From Ginglymostoma cirratum (taxonomy: Eukaryota), in NCBI GenBank assembly GCA_024137785.1, contig JAHRHZ010000009.1, positions 13,869,477 to 13,933,476 of the forward strand: a DNA stretch of 64,000 nucleotides, in the 5' to 3' direction. Under the pieces are notes generated by a model, which did not search any database, had not been told where the DNA came from, and saw nothing but the letters and a program-made list of their open reading frames with translations. This document shows, piece by piece, positions 14,005 to 27,793 of the stretch. Position numbers and translations under genes: made by a program. Within the stretch, counting starts at the first letter, position 1. Every line of letters starts with the position of its first letter.

Positions 14005-14689
14005 TCACAGAGCTGTACAACATGGAAACAGACCCTTCAGTCCAACTCATCCATGCTGACCAGATATCCTAAATCAATCTAGTCCCATTTGCCAGCATTT
14101 GGCCCATATCCCTTTAAACCCTTCCTATTTATTTACCCATCCAGATGCCTTTTAAATGTTGTAATTGTACCAGTCTCCACCACCTCCTCTGGCAGCTCAT
14201 TCCATACACGTGCACCACCCTCTGTGTGAAAAAGTTGCCCCTTAGGTCCCTTTTAAATCCTTCCCCTCTCAGCACAAACCTATGCCCTCTAGTTTTGGAT
14301 TCCCTTAGCCCAGGGAAAGGACCTTGTCTATTTACCCTATCCGTGCCCCTCTTGATTTTGTAAACCTCTATAAGGTCACCCCACAGCCTCTGACACTCCA
14401 GCGAAAATAGCCCTAGCCTATTCAGCCTCTCCATAACTCAAACACTCCAACCCCGGCAACATTCTTATAAATCTTTTCTGAATCCTTTCAACTTTGACAG
14501 CATCCTTCCTATAGCAGGGAGACCAGAATTGCACACAGTGTTCCAAAAGTGACCTAACCAATGTCCCGTACAGCCAAAACGTAACCTCCAAACTCCTATG
14601 CTCAATGCATTGACCAATAAAGGCAAGCGTACCAAATGCCTTCTTCACTACCCTGTCTACCTGAGACTTCACTTTCAAGAAACTATGAA
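14005..14689 (-). mobile_element. CR1/HER1-like LINE 3' fragment
   Basis: ORFs LVRSLLEHCVQFWSP...LNRLGLFSLE...NFFTQRVV are typical of the CR1 ORF2 C-terminus. Confidence 0.9.
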
Positions 14690-15564
14690 TAGAGAGGGAA
14701 TTTTTGACTCTTTTATGCAAATAATTTGAAACATTTCCCTTTAGTGTGATGGAGATATCGCCTGTGATTTGCAATTGTCCCTAGAAAAGGTTTTTTAATA
14801 GGAACCCACTAGAGCTTCCCAATTCTATCATAACACACCTTTTGTTCAATGATGCATATGACATTAGTGACCACTCAGGGTTTATCTATTCCAGTAAAGT
14901 GTTGGGCTGGAGCTCACCTCTATCGACTAGCAGCCTGGAACTGGGCATAGTGATTGGAAAGGCTCCAAGTTTCTTTCCAACATATGGCTGGTGTGGATCA
15001 GAGGTATTTGTAGGTTGGTATTCACCTGTCTGGCTGTGTTGTGAATACACCTTCCAAGCCAGAACACTACCAACTGTACCATAACATCTCCTTGTATGAT
15101 AATGAAGTGTTCCTTTCATCTTTTTATTCTGATTCTGCAGTAAATGCAATCCTTGGCATTGCTGTGCTTCTCATGTCATTTTTATCGTTTATTAGTTTTC
15201 CTGGGAATCAGTAAGCATTATGCGATTACTAAACAGAAGGTTATTGGACCTGAAATAATTCAGTTCAAACTATACAGCAATTAACTGTGTATTTTGTTTT
15301 TCATAATGCTGGTATAAATTCCTATGTCAACATCTAGTGTTCAGGAATGTCACCATTCCTGACGCTGTAGTCAGGAAGCTATGTAAACATGTCATGTTAT
15401 GCTTCAGTGCCTCTGTTGGACAGGGGATGCCATTACACTGAAATGTTACCTACATGGAGCACATTGGTGAAATTTACTCTCAGATTTCTATGATTTGTTG
15501 CTTGTCTCTGAACTCATCAATGGTAATTATTAATTAATGTCTGAACCCATTTCTTGTTTTTCAG

Positions 15565-15654
15565 GGAGCAATAGGTTTACCTGGTTTTGCGGGGCCCATA
15601 GGAATGCCTGGATTCCCAGGAGTTGAAGGTCCCGCTGGCCCGTTGGGATCGAAG
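15565..15654 (+). CDS. collagen IV alpha chain exon 3 (7S domain)
   Basis: ttttcag|...|gtgatc; 90 nt; GAIGLPGFAGPIGMPGFPGVEGPAGPLGSK. Confidence 0.95.
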
Positions 15655-15738
15655 GTGATCGTATTTAGATTATCCAGAAGTTTATTTCCAAACACTGTTA
15701 GGCTGGATTTGTAACAAAACACCTCTTTTATGTTTCAG

Positions 15739-15783
15739 GGTGACACTGGAGAGCCGGGTCTAACAGGAAAGAAAGGAATTCGG
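15739..15783 (+). CDS. collagen IV alpha chain exon 4
   Basis: tttcag|...|gtatgt; 45 nt; GDTGEPGLTGKKGIR. Confidence 0.95.
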
Positions 15784-15867
15784 GTATGTATCCCCGACTT
15801 TCGGTGCTGGATCATCACAATGATTCCAGGCTTCATTATACATCTCAAATGGAATAGAAGAAACTCT

Positions 15868-16136
15868 CATAGAATCCCTACAGTGTGAAAACAGGCCCTT
15901 TTTGGCCCAACAAGTCCACACCAACCCATGTAACCCACCTAATCTACACATCCCTGAACACTACAGGGTAATTTAGCATTGCCAATCCACCTAACCTGCA
16001 GATTCCTGGACAGCAGGAGGAAACCCACGCAGAGAACATGCAAACTCCACACAGACAGTTGCCCGAGGGTGGAATCAAACCCAGGTCCCTGGCCCTGTGA
16101 GGCAGCAGTGCTAACCACTGAGCCGTCATGCCACCC
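15868..16136 (-). mobile_element. HE1-like SINE
   Basis: tRNA-like head ggtggcatgacggctcagtggttagcactgctgcctcacag on the minus strand. Confidence 0.85.
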
Positions 16137-16639
16137 TGTACTATTCAGTATCATATAGTAAAGCTTTATTGTTTGTCAAGATTGACTCTATCTTCTGTCA
16201 TAGACTTTGTCTTCCTTCCCCACATGGTATCAGTAACTTATGCCCCTAATACCTATAAATACTAATAGTAGTGGGAAAGATTGACGGCAGTGAAACTAAT
16301 TAAACCTTCTCAGATAATTCCAATGGACATTACTACACCATGATGCTGTAAACAGAACAGGCAGAATGCTTTGGGTGAATACAATTAGTCAGGGCAGGGA
16401 GAAATTACATTGCTCATCAAGGAACAAACAGTATGGGAAGCTCACATGCATACAAATGTACACACGCAAAAACCACAAAGAAAATTGATGCAAAAACACA
16501 CTTATGAATAAATGCCCGCTCCCACACATACAGACATACATACACTTCATGTGCAATTTCAAGCAGACACAAACACATGCAAACATAGTCACGTTATCAT
16601 AGCTTTCCACCCATACCCACCTCACCTTATGTAGCCCTT

Positions 16640-16935
16640 GAATGTGTGGGGTGAAATCCAAATCATTTTATAGATGTCTTTCTGATTACTGATCATCCTG
16701 TTACTGGAAATTGTTTCCCCTAATTTACTCAAGTAAAACCTCGCAGAATCTTGAGCATCTCTACTCTACATCGCTTAACCTTCCCTGCCCTAAGGAGGAC
16801 AATCCTAGTTTCTCCAATGTCCCCATTGAACTGAAATCCCTCATCCCTGGTACCATTCTGGTAAGCATCCTCTGCATCCACTCCAACCCCTTTGCCATCC
16901 TTCTTAAAATGTGCGACCCAGAAGTGGACAGCAGT
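16640..16935 (-). mobile_element. old CR1 LINE fragment
   Basis: Minus-strand VHFWVAHFKKD and catccctggtaccattct are CR1-like. Confidence 0.6.
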
Positions 16936-17088
16936 TATCGGCGATTTATAAATTGCATCAGATTTCTCCAAAATGTTTAACAATTTCACAGCAAGTTCCC
17001 ACGACTATAAAAGAAAAAAAAATTGGAAATTGTTCTTGTTTAGAGTACTTTCTTAATCAGTTATTTTATGCTAATGTTAATGACACAG

Positions 17089-17133
17089 GGTCCAGCTGGT
17101 TCGCCAGGATTCCCAGGAACTCCAGGACTGCCT
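17089..17133 (+). CDS. collagen IV alpha chain exon 5
   Basis: cacag|...|gtaagt; 45 nt; GPAGSPGFPGTPGLP. Confidence 0.95.
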
Positions 17134-17232
17134 GTAAGTATAATATCCACAATGCCTCACTTCCAATCACATTTAAAACACTGAACTGATCCAAACAGAA
17201 GGCAACTCTCTGACAAATCTCCTCACTCATAG

Positions 17233-17331
<99 letters not shown>

Positions 17332-17434
17332 TGATGCAGATTTTATAGAATGTTCCGGAACAGAACTAAACTATTTGATGCAGCAAACCTGAGCAAGCCA
17401 TTTGGTTCACTTGCTGACTCTGTGCATCTCTTTT

Positions 17435-17985
17435 TTCATAATTCTTTCACGGGATGTAAGCATCACCAGGAAGGACGATGTTGGTTACCTACCCCTAGTC
17501 ACTCTGAGAAGATAGTGCTGAGCTACCTTTTTGAATCACTATGATCCATGTGCACCCACAGTGCTATTTGGAAGGGTGCTTGAGGATTTTTTTTTCGGTG
17601 ACACTGAAGGAACAAAGTTATATATTTCCAAGTTAGGATGGTAAGTGACTCCCTGGGGAACTTGCAGGTGCTGGTGTTTCCATGCATCTGCTGCCCTGGT
17701 CCTTCTAGGTGGTAGAGACCTGGGTTTGAAAGGTACTGTTAAGGAGCCTTAGTATGTTGCTGCAATACGTCTCGTATATATTACCCATTGCTGCCACTGT
17801 GTGTCAGTGGTGGGAAGAGTGAATGCTTAAGGAGGTGGATGGGGTGCTGATCAAACAGGTAGCTTTGTCAACTTCTTGAGTGTTGTTGGAACTGCACTCA
17901 TCCAGGCAAGTGGACAGATTTCCATCACAATCTTGACTTGTAAATGGTGATCCTGCTTTGGGGAGTTGAGAAAGGAGTTGTACCT
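17435..17985 (-). mobile_element. LINE 3' fragment (L2/CR1 clade)
   Basis: Similar to 9686-10020 and 55420-56520. Confidence 0.65.
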
Positions 17986-17989
17986 TGGA

Positions 17990-18600
17990 ATATCCCACTC
18001 ACCTATTCAATCACCACATCCATTAATATAACACCCAGTCTAATCCCACTCTCCCCCTCACTCCTCACACTCTTTAGTATGCCATCCTGTCTGATCCCAC
18101 TCTGTCCCTCACCCTCTGCATTCAATAATAGACCAAATCCCACTGGCCCCTTTGCTACGCACACCCTTTAATATGCCATCATATAATCCTTCCCTCTCTT
18201 CACTCCCTGCACCCTTAATTATATATCCAGTCTAATCCCACTCTCTCCTTCACGGCCTGCATTGTTTATTACCCCCAATCTAATCCTACTGTGCCTTTCA
18301 CTCTGCACACCCTTTAGTACGCCACCATCTAACCCCACTCTCCCTGTAGTCCCCAAACCTAATCCTACTCACACCAGTTCTCCCCGCACCCTTTATAATC
18401 CCAATGTTTAAATCTACTGCCACCCTCACTGTCATTTAACATGCCACTATCCAATCCAACACTTCCTTTCATACCTCACACCTTTTATGATCCCACATCC
18501 GATCCCACCCACTCACTGACTCACCAAAATCTTTAATTATTCACCCTTTCTAATCACAGTTTCCCCTCACTTCTCAGACCCTCAATATCTCACCCAGTCA
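17990..18600. repeat. degenerate C/T-rich tandem repeat (about 45-50 bp period, aatcccactc motif)
   Basis: Recurring ctaatcccactctcc...ctttagta. Confidence 0.6.
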
Positions 18601-18604
18601 CAGT

Positions 18605-19000
18605 CACAGTCACAGAATCATAGAGTCATACAGCACAGAAACAGACCCTTTGGTCCAACCGATCCATATACCAATCATAATCTCAAACTAAACTAGTCCC
18701 ACCTGCCTGCGCTTGGCCCATATCCCTCCAAGCAGTTTTTATTCACAAACGTATCTAAATGTCTTTTAAACGTTGTAACTGTACCCTCATTCATCACTTT
18801 GTCTGGAAGTACATTCCACACATGATCCACTGAGTAAAAAATTTGCCCCTCATGTCTTTTATAAATCTTCCTCCGCTCACCTTAAAAATATGTCCCTTAG
18901 TCTCGAAATCTCCCATCCTAGAGAAAACACACCTGACATTCACCTTATCTATACCCCGCATGATTTTATAAACCCCTATAAGGTCACCTTCAAGCTCCTA
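18605..19000 (-). mobile_element. CR1/HER1-like LINE 3' fragment
   Basis: catagagtcatacagcacagaaacagaccctttggtccaac tail, similar to 14005-14689. Confidence 0.8.
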
Positions 19001-19134
19001 CGCTATGACCCTTCTTTCCTGTTCAACCAAATCAAGTAACTTCTCGGGAGAGCTACTCAAGGTTGATGCTTGCTGGGGAGAATAGTTACTGACACGGGCA
19101 AAGGTGAAGACTGATCTGTTCCATTTAAACACAG

Positions 19135-19188
19135 GGTGATCGTGGACCATTGGGACCCCCAGGATTACCAGGTCTCCAAGGATCTCTG
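19135..19188 (+). CDS. collagen IV alpha chain exon 7
   Basis: cacag|...|gtaagt; 54 nt; GDRGPLGPPGLPGLQGSL. Confidence 0.95.
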
Positions 19189-19293
19189 GTAAGTATCTGA
19201 CAATTTGATTGACTGTTATTTTAGATTTGTTGAGAGGGGGTGGTGACGGCAAGTGTTTCAACGTTATTTTTACACTGTTGTTATGTTTTTCAG

Positions 19294-19320
19294 GGTCGTC
19301 CAGGCACTCCAGGTGCAAAG
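19294..19320 (+). CDS. collagen IV alpha chain exon 8
   Basis: ttttcag|...|gtaaat; 27 nt; GRPGTPGAK. Confidence 0.93.
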
Positions 19321-20714
19321 GTAAATAACAAATCGACTTTTCAACATTCATTAAAGATTCAAGAAAATATGAAGCAGCATTCAGGAATACTTTGTGTTGT
19401 CACTGTGTCCCTGATTCTCTCATCTGTCTTCTCATCAACTGCAGGTTCCCCACAGGGAGACTAGCAACCCGAAATCTACAGAGACAGATGAGACCATTGA
19501 ACCCATTAATTCTGTACTACTGTCCAACAATGCCCTTGCCTGCCTCACTAATAGTCACACTCTCTTGGCCCTGACCACTGATCATATCAGAAGAGTCTTT
19601 CCTAAAGGATGTTACCACTTCCTGGAACAAAGTAACCACCTCCCCCCCGCCAACCATTGAAGTATATGCAATTCAGCATCAATCTCAATATCTCTGAGCC
19701 AAAGCTCCTCAAGTTGCAGACACTTGCTACAGACATGGTTCTGCTACACCATTTAGCGTCCAGGAGTTCCCACATTCTACAGTTACATCACGTCACCTGT
19801 CCTATAATCTTTATTATTTGTTAATTAATTAATCAATTTTCTTTCATTAATTTATAATGAATAAACCCAATTAATCCCAATATGCTTTACTACTGCTGGT
19901 AAACCTGACTAGAACTGTTAAAGCCTTACAACTGTTAACAAATTAAATGGGATTTGAAAGACAGCTAAGCAAAATCTTCACCAATGAATCATATACCTGC
20001 TTCCCTGTGTATCATGGTATGATTTTTTTTCAGAATGTGACCAGTCCACAGACTGGAGACCTCTTACACATTATCCACAACTCTCCATATTTTCTTAAAC
20101 TCAATGTTAAGGTGGCTACTTAAGTGTCCAGCGCCCCCGCTCTCAAAATTCCCTTGATCACTAAATTTCCAACCTTACACTTAATGCATACTTGCTGATG
20201 CATTGCTCAACTCATTCTTGCTTTCGCATGGCCCTGCTAAGCTCAGGTACCCTAAAAAACGTGCAATTCTAGCCCAATTATACGTGATGGAAGGTGTGCT
20301 TCAACTTCCAGCAATAAAACCCTGTAATTATCATGATCAAGGGGAGGTCATATAGTCTTACAGCACTGAAGGAGGTCATTTGTCCCCTCTTGCTGTTCTG
20401 GCTCTTTGGGAGAGCTATCCAATTCCACCTGTTCCACTTGCTGTCTCTCTCTGTAGCCATGTAGATGTTCTCAACTTGAAGTATTGATCCAATTTTCTTT
20501 TGAAAATTATTATTGAATCTGCTTACATCATCTTTTCAGGCATACTATTCCAGATCACTTGCTGTATGTAAAAACATGTCCCTCATTTACACTCTGATTC
20601 TCTTGATAATTATTTTAAATCTCTGCCCCTATGATTATCAACCACCCTGCCTCTGAAAACAACCTCTCTTTACTTACTCTACCAAGCTTCTCCTGATGCC
20701 TTTCTGCTCAAAGG

Positions 20715-21075
20715 AGAGGCAATGGCCTAGTGGTGTTATTGCTGGCCTGTTAATACAGAGACCCAAGTAATATCCTGAGGACCTGGGTTCAAATCTTGCT
20801 GCAGTAGGTGGTGGAATTTGAATTTAATAAGAATCTGGAATTAAGAGTCTAATGATAACCATAATTCCATTGTTGAATTTTGGGGAAAACAATCAACTAG
20901 TTCACCAATATTCTTTAGGGAAGGAAATCCGCCATTCTTACCTGGTCTGGCCTACATGTGACTCCAGACCCACAGCAATGTGGTTGACTCTCAATTGCCC
21001 TGTAGGATAGTAGGGATGGGCAATAAATGCTTGTCTAACCAGCAACGCCCTCATCCCTTAAGTGAATGAAGAAAA
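20715..21075 (+). mobile_element. tRNA-derived SINE family 2 (near full length), nested in an old CR1
   Basis: A-box-like tggcctagtgg, B-box gggttcaaatc, conserved core and ggcaataaatgct tail. Confidence 0.8.
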
Positions 21076-21251
21076 GCACTTGCCATTTTTCCATTCTCTC
21101 CATGGAACTGATGTTTCTCGTTCCTGGAACCACTCTGTGTCCTCTCTTAGGCTTTGACATCCTTCGGATTTATGTTTTATGTTTGTGTTGAAGAAAGATA
21201 TAAAGACTCATACCAGTAAACTAATAGTTTCATGACTTTGCTTTAAAACAG

Positions 21252-21326
21252 GGAGACCCAGGAGAGGTTTATGGTGTTTCAGTTTCGAAGGGGGAGCCAG
21301 GGCTCCCCGGACCACCAGGAAAACAG
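21252..21326 (+). CDS. collagen IV alpha chain exon 9
   Basis: aacag|...|gtgaga; 75 nt; GDPGEVYGVSVSKGEPGLPGPPGKQ (first interruption). Confidence 0.93.
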
Positions 21327-21437
21327 GTGAGATTCAGTCTCCAAGGTTTCTTTTGGAACATCCACTCTATACAACAATGTCTGAGGATCTCCTCCTATTC
21401 CCTTAGTCCTAAATCATCTCATCTCTTTTGAATACAG

Positions 21438-21500
21438 GGTGAACCAGGCGTTCCTGGATTGCGAGGACAAACTGGCCCACCAGGTTATTTTGGACCTGCA
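21438..21500 (+). CDS. collagen IV alpha chain exon 10
   Basis: tacag|...|gtaagt; 63 nt; GEPGVPGLRGQTGPPGYFGPA. Confidence 0.95.
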
Positions 21501-22194
21501 GTAAGTCTGTTTATTCACTCTTCCTTCTCCAAAACAAAAAGGCTTCCGGTTAAAATGGTGTTTTTAGTTATAAGTGGAGCACACTTTAGAATGAATCCAT
21601 CATGGGACAGTTGAACTTTGTGTTTGAGAGACAGAGAGAGTTGAGAGAGAAATTGGAGATTGCAAAACCCGCATCTCTGATTCCAGATCCTGACATGACC
21701 TGTTTGTTAGGTTACCTGTGATGGGGTTGATTGAGTGATATGGCACTGTCAGTGAGAAGCCACACCAGGCAGGCACATGGTTCAGAAATACAGTTTGAAA
21801 ATTAATATTGACAAATTAACAGTGATAACATGCTCATTGTTATCAACACAGGATCCAAAATATGACATCTCATGCAGCGACTACCTTCAAACATTAGGTC
21901 TCTGTTCCATCTTCCAAATGCAGTTTGCATTTTTTTTTTGCCCAATTATGTTGCTAACAAAAGTCCCTGGGACCTGTGCTCTCGAACAGCAGCACCAGTC
22001 TAAATGTGCAACCGGTCTATTTCACTTTCAGTAAATGTGATGGGAGTTTTCACTGAGAAAGGGGATGCATCTGCAAACAGAAAATATAGATCTTCAATCA
22101 GATGCTTATTTCTCCTTTTGCTCTTCAGTTGTTGTGCCATTGACCCACCATGCAGGTAACGCACCATGCAGATCAGGATGTTGGTAGATACAGG

Positions 22195-22315
22195 AACATA
22201 GAACATAGAACATAGAACATTACAGTGCAGTACAGGCCCTTCGGCCCTCGATGTTGCGCCGACCTGTGAAACCAATCTGAAGCCCATCTAACCTACATTA
22301 TTCCATTATCATCCA
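22195..22315 (-). mobile_element. young CR1 extreme 3' end with (gaacata)n tail
   Basis: Four gaacata-type units then caggcccttcggccctcg; CpGs retained. Confidence 0.7.
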
Positions 22316-22396
22316 GGAAGGAGCACACTATCCGACTTCATCTAGCTTTCCTTCCTGGTTAAAGAAGAATACAACGTTCTGCATTCAGCGTCTACT

Positions 22397-22528
22397 TCTG
22401 AAGAAGGGTCACCGGACCCAAAACGTTAACTCTGATTCTTTTCTTCACAGATGCTGCCAGACCTGCTGAGCCTTTCCAGCAACTTCTGTTTTTGTTCCTG
22501 ACTTACAGCATCTGCAGTTCTTTCAGTT
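22397..22528 (+). mobile_element. short Penelope-terminus element with hammerhead-like motif
   Basis: CTGAAGA-A-GGGTC-accg-GACCC-aAAAC-GTT; same family as 61218-61352; imperfect TSD tcagNNtctact. Confidence 0.7.
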
Positions 22529-23428
22529 TCTACTCAAAGCAACATGCTTAAGATAAGGAACACATCATGTAGAAAGTTGTGCTGTGAATCTTCGTCAAAA
22601 TTTTCATCTCCCAAGTAGTTATAAGTCTGACAAGAAAACATGACAGCGCACAGCAAGATCCCACTAACAGAACTACCAGTTTACTTGTAGCTTTAAGTGA
22701 TGCTGGTTGAGGGTTAAATATTAACCAGGATATCAGAGTTTTGCAGATTGATCGGGTCTTTTGTCATCACTGACCGTCCGATGTGTGATATGCTGCAATT
22801 GCTAGGGTCAATCACTCAATTCATTTCCTTAATGCTTTATGTAGTAACCAGCATTCCCTGTTATCACTTCGTATTATCCAAACAAACATAAAGCAACTAC
22901 ACTGTCAGATTTTTATGTGCTCTGGCTCCTATATTTTGACTCACTACATTGTTCCTGTACTATAAATTTTCTTCCTCAGGCGTAAATTGGTTTGAGTTAA
23001 GAAATAAGGACGTGGTAAGAATATTTCAATGCTGATGAAGAACTACATTGAAGTATCTTTAGACCACGTTGGGTAGATCTGGTACACGTTGGTGGGTGAT
23101 GCCCTATACTGACGCTAAAACCTTGTAACGGTTGTTCTCATGCTCCAGCAATGAAGTGGAGGAGTCAGTAATGATTTCTTCACTTCAGCATAGGCAGCCA
23201 TGAGCCTGAAATTCAGTAGCCCCCTCTGTCAATATCTCCCAAATTCTCTCCACCTTCATGATGCCCTGTAATAATATGCCTTTGACCTATTTCTATGATC
23301 ATCTTGTGCAGTGTCATGTTTTCTTTAATAACATTCCTACGAAGCAACTTGCAATGATTTGCTACATGAAAAGTGCTAAACAACTCCAATAGCTTTTGTT
23401 AATAGTCTCTTTTGATTTATTGTTCCAG

Positions 23429-23464
23429 GGTCCCCCAGGTATCCCTGGCCCTCCAGGACCAAAG
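23429..23464 (+). CDS. collagen IV alpha chain exon 11
   Basis: ttccag|...|gtaaat; 36 nt; [12 protein letters not shown]. Confidence 0.95.
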
Positions 23465-24351
23465 GTAAATGATTCTATTCAGACACAGGATTGATATTAT
23501 CAATAATACAGAGATTGTTAATGTTTGATATTACTGTCAGCGGCAGCATTTTCCACAAGGTCATGAATAACCAACAAATCCACTTCCCATTATGCACTTT
23601 GGTTGATGGGGTGAGAGGTAGATTCTGCCACAGTGGCCACATGTGTCAATATCAGTTGCCATTTTGGAAATTGACATGCATTACCAAGTTGCTGTAGCCA
23701 TCTGTCATCTTGGTGGTACACATTGGCCAATCATTTCCCTCCTGTGTCAACTAGTGTCTCTCGGGCACAGGAATCAATGTTGAAAGACTTCATGCCATGC
23801 TTGCCGGGGATGACCTACCAGGCTGGCCTCAACAACTTCGGGAGTTGAAACTCCCCAGTTACACTTCTGTATCGTGCTGCAAATTTACCCAAGCCAGTAA
23901 AGTCACCTCTGATTGGCAAATGCTCCCATAGTTGGGGACTTGGCCTCAGAGAGGACTGCCACCCCTGGTATTTTGTGAGACGAGTTATCCAGAATGTAAT
24001 ACAAAGAGGGAAGGTAGAAGTTGGGGAACTTCGCTTCTTGATAGCTATGCTCAAAGCTGTGGAGCAAAGTGCTGAAGACTAAGTTTAATAAGAGTCAGTA
24101 AGAGTCAAAAGGATGTTTCTCAAGGCAGGTTTCATCAGAAGTCAATGATGATAGCTGCTTTCTCTCAAAACACAGCTTAGGCTGTCACCATGGAGCATTA
24201 ATAATGCTGATGTTGGTGACAATGATATTGACAATATCGATCTTACTATTGACATTATTAATTCTGATATGACTGATATCTCTGCAATCGCTGATATTAT
24301 TGATATTCCTGAGGCTGACTATCTCACATTGGTTGTTTCTTTTGTCAACAG

Positions 24352-24393
24352 GGGAACATGGGAGTACAGTTTTATGGACCAAAGGGTCAGAAG
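24352..24393 (+). CDS. collagen IV alpha chain exon 12
   Basis: caacag|...|gtaagg; 42 nt; GNMGVQFYGPKGQK. Confidence 0.95.
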
Positions 24394-24417
24394 GTAAGGA
24401 GTTATCACAAATGTATC

Positions 24418-24955
24418 AATATTCTTTGGAATATTGTGTTCAATTTTGCTTTCCCTGCTATAGGAAAGATCTGAAACTTGAAAGGGTTCAGAAAAGATGT
24501 ACAAGGTTTTTGCCAGGGTTAGAGGGTTTGAGCTATAGGGAGAGGCTGAATCGGCTGGGGCTATTTTTCCTGGAGTGTCAGAAGCTGAGGGGTGACCTTT
24601 ATAGAGGTTTATAAAATCATGAGGGGCATGGATAGGATAAATAGCCAAAGCCTCTTCCCCAGGGTGGGGGAGTCCAAAACAAGAAGGCATAGATTTAAAG
24701 TGAGAAGGGATGAAGGTGCAATTTTTTCATGCAGATGGTGGTGCGTGTGTGGAATGAGCTGCCAGAGGAGGTGGTGGAGGGTGGTACAATTACAACATTT
24801 AAAAGGCATCTGGATGGGTGTATGAATAAGAGGGTTTAAAGGGATATGGGCCAAACGCTGGCAAACGGGACTAGATTAATGTAGGATTCTGGTTGGTATG
24901 GGCAAGTTGGACCAAAGGGTCTGTTTCCATGCTGTACAGCTCTGTGACTGTATGA
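24418..24955 (+). mobile_element. CR1/HER1-like LINE 3' fragment
   Basis: LEYCVQFCFPCYRKD...LNRLGLFFLE; ends ctgtttccatgctgtacagctctgtgactgtatgac. Confidence 0.9.
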
Positions 24956-25351
24956 CACATGAGCTAATTTGTCCAGTAAGCACAAACTAATCAACATCAA
25001 TCAATTCAACAATTTTTCTATTAAGAAAAGACTTGTCCAACTTCCTCATCATTAACTTTTGTCATTTTGAGAAGTGGGGGAACAGATGGGATGGGAACAG
25101 AGGGGAGAGGATGAAGGTGAAGCAGGAGGGTTAGGGATTGGGGATAATGATGAGGGTTAAGCGATAAGAGCGGAATATGTGATGAGGGCAGGGTGGAGCT
25201 GAGGGGAGGACTATAAATGTGTTGAGAAGAAGCAGAAGCAAGGGCTGGAACTTTTTTTTAAGAGTTTCCGATCTGAGTTTCTGTTTCACAAGTAGGTTGT
25301 GCGCGGAAAGAATTAATTGTTCTGACATACATTTTATTTGTACTTTCAAAG

Positions 25352-25441
25352 GGTGAACAAGGAGTTCAGGGACCCCCAGGTCCACCTGGTAATACAGGGT
25401 CCCAAATAGGAACAACATCAAAAATCATCATAGGAGCAAAG
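25352..25441 (+). CDS. collagen IV alpha chain exon 13
   Basis: tcaaag|...|gtttgt; 90 nt; [30 protein letters not shown]. Confidence 0.88.
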
Positions 25442-25786
25442 GTTTGTTTGTTTAAACATGTTGATTGTTGGGTCATTTTACTATTTTCCTTTCCAGGATA
25501 ATTAAGTCCACATTAGAGCTTAGCTCGTGTCTGTGACGTTGTCAAAGCTAAAATAATACATTTACAATTCAGGCTGTTTACATGTAAAGCTTGAGGACCA
25601 CTTCCTGCTGAGGGTCTTCGTCCTATAGAGACCACGCACTCACTGAGAAAGTGGGCCAACGTTTAGTGAAACAATAATGGCCAGTTAACAGTGCCTCCTG
25701 TTATAAATGTGTAAATTGTCCAGTTAATTCATGTTAACTAGTTGTGAATATCCAGAATTTGCCCCTTGATTTATGCAATCCTGCAG

Positions 25787-26218
25787 TTTGTTTGATTTGA
25801 ATTGATTTGATTTATTATCGTCACATGTACCAAGATACAAGTGAAAAGTATTGTTTTGCATGCGATCCAGACAATTCACACCTTGCATAAATGCATCAGG
25901 GTAATAGAACAGAATGCAGAATATTGTGTTACAGCTACAGAGAAGATGCAGAGAAAGATCAGCTGTAATATATCTGAGGTCTGTTCATAAGTCTGATAAG
26001 AACAGGGAAGAAGCCGTTCTTAAATCTATTGGTATGTGTTTCCAAGTTTTTGTAGCCTCTGCCCAAAGGGAGAGGGTATAAGCAAGTATAACTGTGGTGG
26101 GAGGAGTCTTTGATGATGTTGGCTGCTTTCCCAAGGCAGTGGGAAGTGTAGATGGAGTCATTGGAAGGAAGGCTGGTTTTCGTGATGGACTGGATTATGT
26201 TCACAACTCTCTGTAATA
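25787..26218 (-). mobile_element. Rex1/Babar LINE 3' fragment
   Basis: ORF SITKTSLPSNDSIYTSHCLGKAANIIKDSSH...NRFKNGFFP resembles the Rex1 RT C-terminus; (aaatc)n tail. Confidence 0.75.
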
Positions 26219-27793
26219 ACAGTATCTCACCTCCTCAAACTCCCTATTATTTTTAAAAGCTTACCACATTTGCTCAGTAATTACCCATTTAAGCCACTGC
26301 AGAAACCTAGAGCTGGGCATAAATTACATAAATACTTCCCTGTTGGTGCAATAATTGTTCCTGCAATGTCCACTCAACATTGACTAGTCCCAAAAGAAAA
26401 ACAATTTATACAGGTTATAAGTTGTTCATTGCTATTGAAAAGAATTTAGCTTTATGAATTTATTATTTTCCTATGTGTCACTTTCTGTCTCATTAATCCA
26501 ATTTTTCATTCTCTTTATTTTTCTTTCTATCTCTGATCTGTCTCTGAACTCACTCAGTGCCCTTCTCCATTATCGCTCTGTTTTCTTTCTCAATCTTTAC
26601 ATCAGGTTGGTTAAGGGGGTGACTACTGGTACATTGACATCCCATGTGCACAATTGCCCTCACCCTGCTATTATCAGCTCATTATCCCAGTCCAGGGTAA
26701 AGCAAGTACAAATTGAAGTTTGAGGAATCGTCTAACCGCTAGGAACTCGGACCAATGTTTGCACAGATTAGTTTAGAAGCAATCCCTTGTATCAATTGGT
26801 TACCCTGGACCTGTTGGTCTGCATAAGGTCAAACAGCATAACCTGCTCAATATTATCATATCATCACCCTCCCCACATCCAGTCTCAACCTTCCCTTTCA
26901 CCAAGACATGTATAAAATGTAACCATTCCATTTATCTTGTCATTCCTTCTCTGTTGAGATGGAGAGAATATTTGAACTTTCTCAGCTGCTTACTTGTTGC
27001 CAATTCCTGATTGGGAGAATGTTCACTGTCTCTTCAGGCGAAGCTATGACAACGTAATTCACCAACAATTTCAGGAGAAAAGAGAAATAATTTCTTCCCA
27101 CACAGAGGGCTGGGATTATGAGCTGGCATTTTCCTCTAAGAGGCAGTAAATCTTGCCATCTGGATTATTATTTACAGTGAGTTCCATTTACCCAGCAGCT
27201 GCTACTCACACTGACCTATGTTGGCTTCTAGTCCAACAACACCTTCAATGTATATTGTCTCTTTTTTTTCAAATCTTTCAGCATCTTTGCAACCTTGCCC
27301 ATCCCTGCAACCCTCCAATTTAACCCTGCTTCTTCATTTCTGACCGCAAAAGCATCTTTGATGTTAACTGTTTCATTGTTGGCACTGTACCTTTTGCTGC
27401 CTGTGATCTGGAAATTCCTCTCCATCCCTCTCCACCCACTCTTCCTTTTTGTTTCTCTCTCACAGCCCCTTTAAGACACTACTTTCTTTGGTCAGCCTTT
27501 GTGGCCACCTAATACCAACGTATGCAATAGGCAGGTGGGGCTAGTTTAATTTGGGATTATGGTCAGCATGTACTGGTTGGACTGAAAGGTACTGGTTGGA
27601 CTGAAAGGTCTGTTTCCGTGTTGTGTGACTCTATGACTCAGTATCAAATTGTGTTTGAAAACACTCCCGTGAATCACTCTGGAATATTTTATTCTGTTTA
27701 AAGGTTTGGTATACAATAAATATGTAATAAAATATACATTTTAGAAGACACAAATCCTGATAATCTCCTTCTGATTGATTGATCCATTTTCAG

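Noticed and set aside
1-15564. Collagen exons 1-2 or a nested gene
   Set aside because: I found no Cys-rich exon 2 (CxC...KG) and no credible spliced ORF; treated as intron 2, though short exons could be missed by eye.
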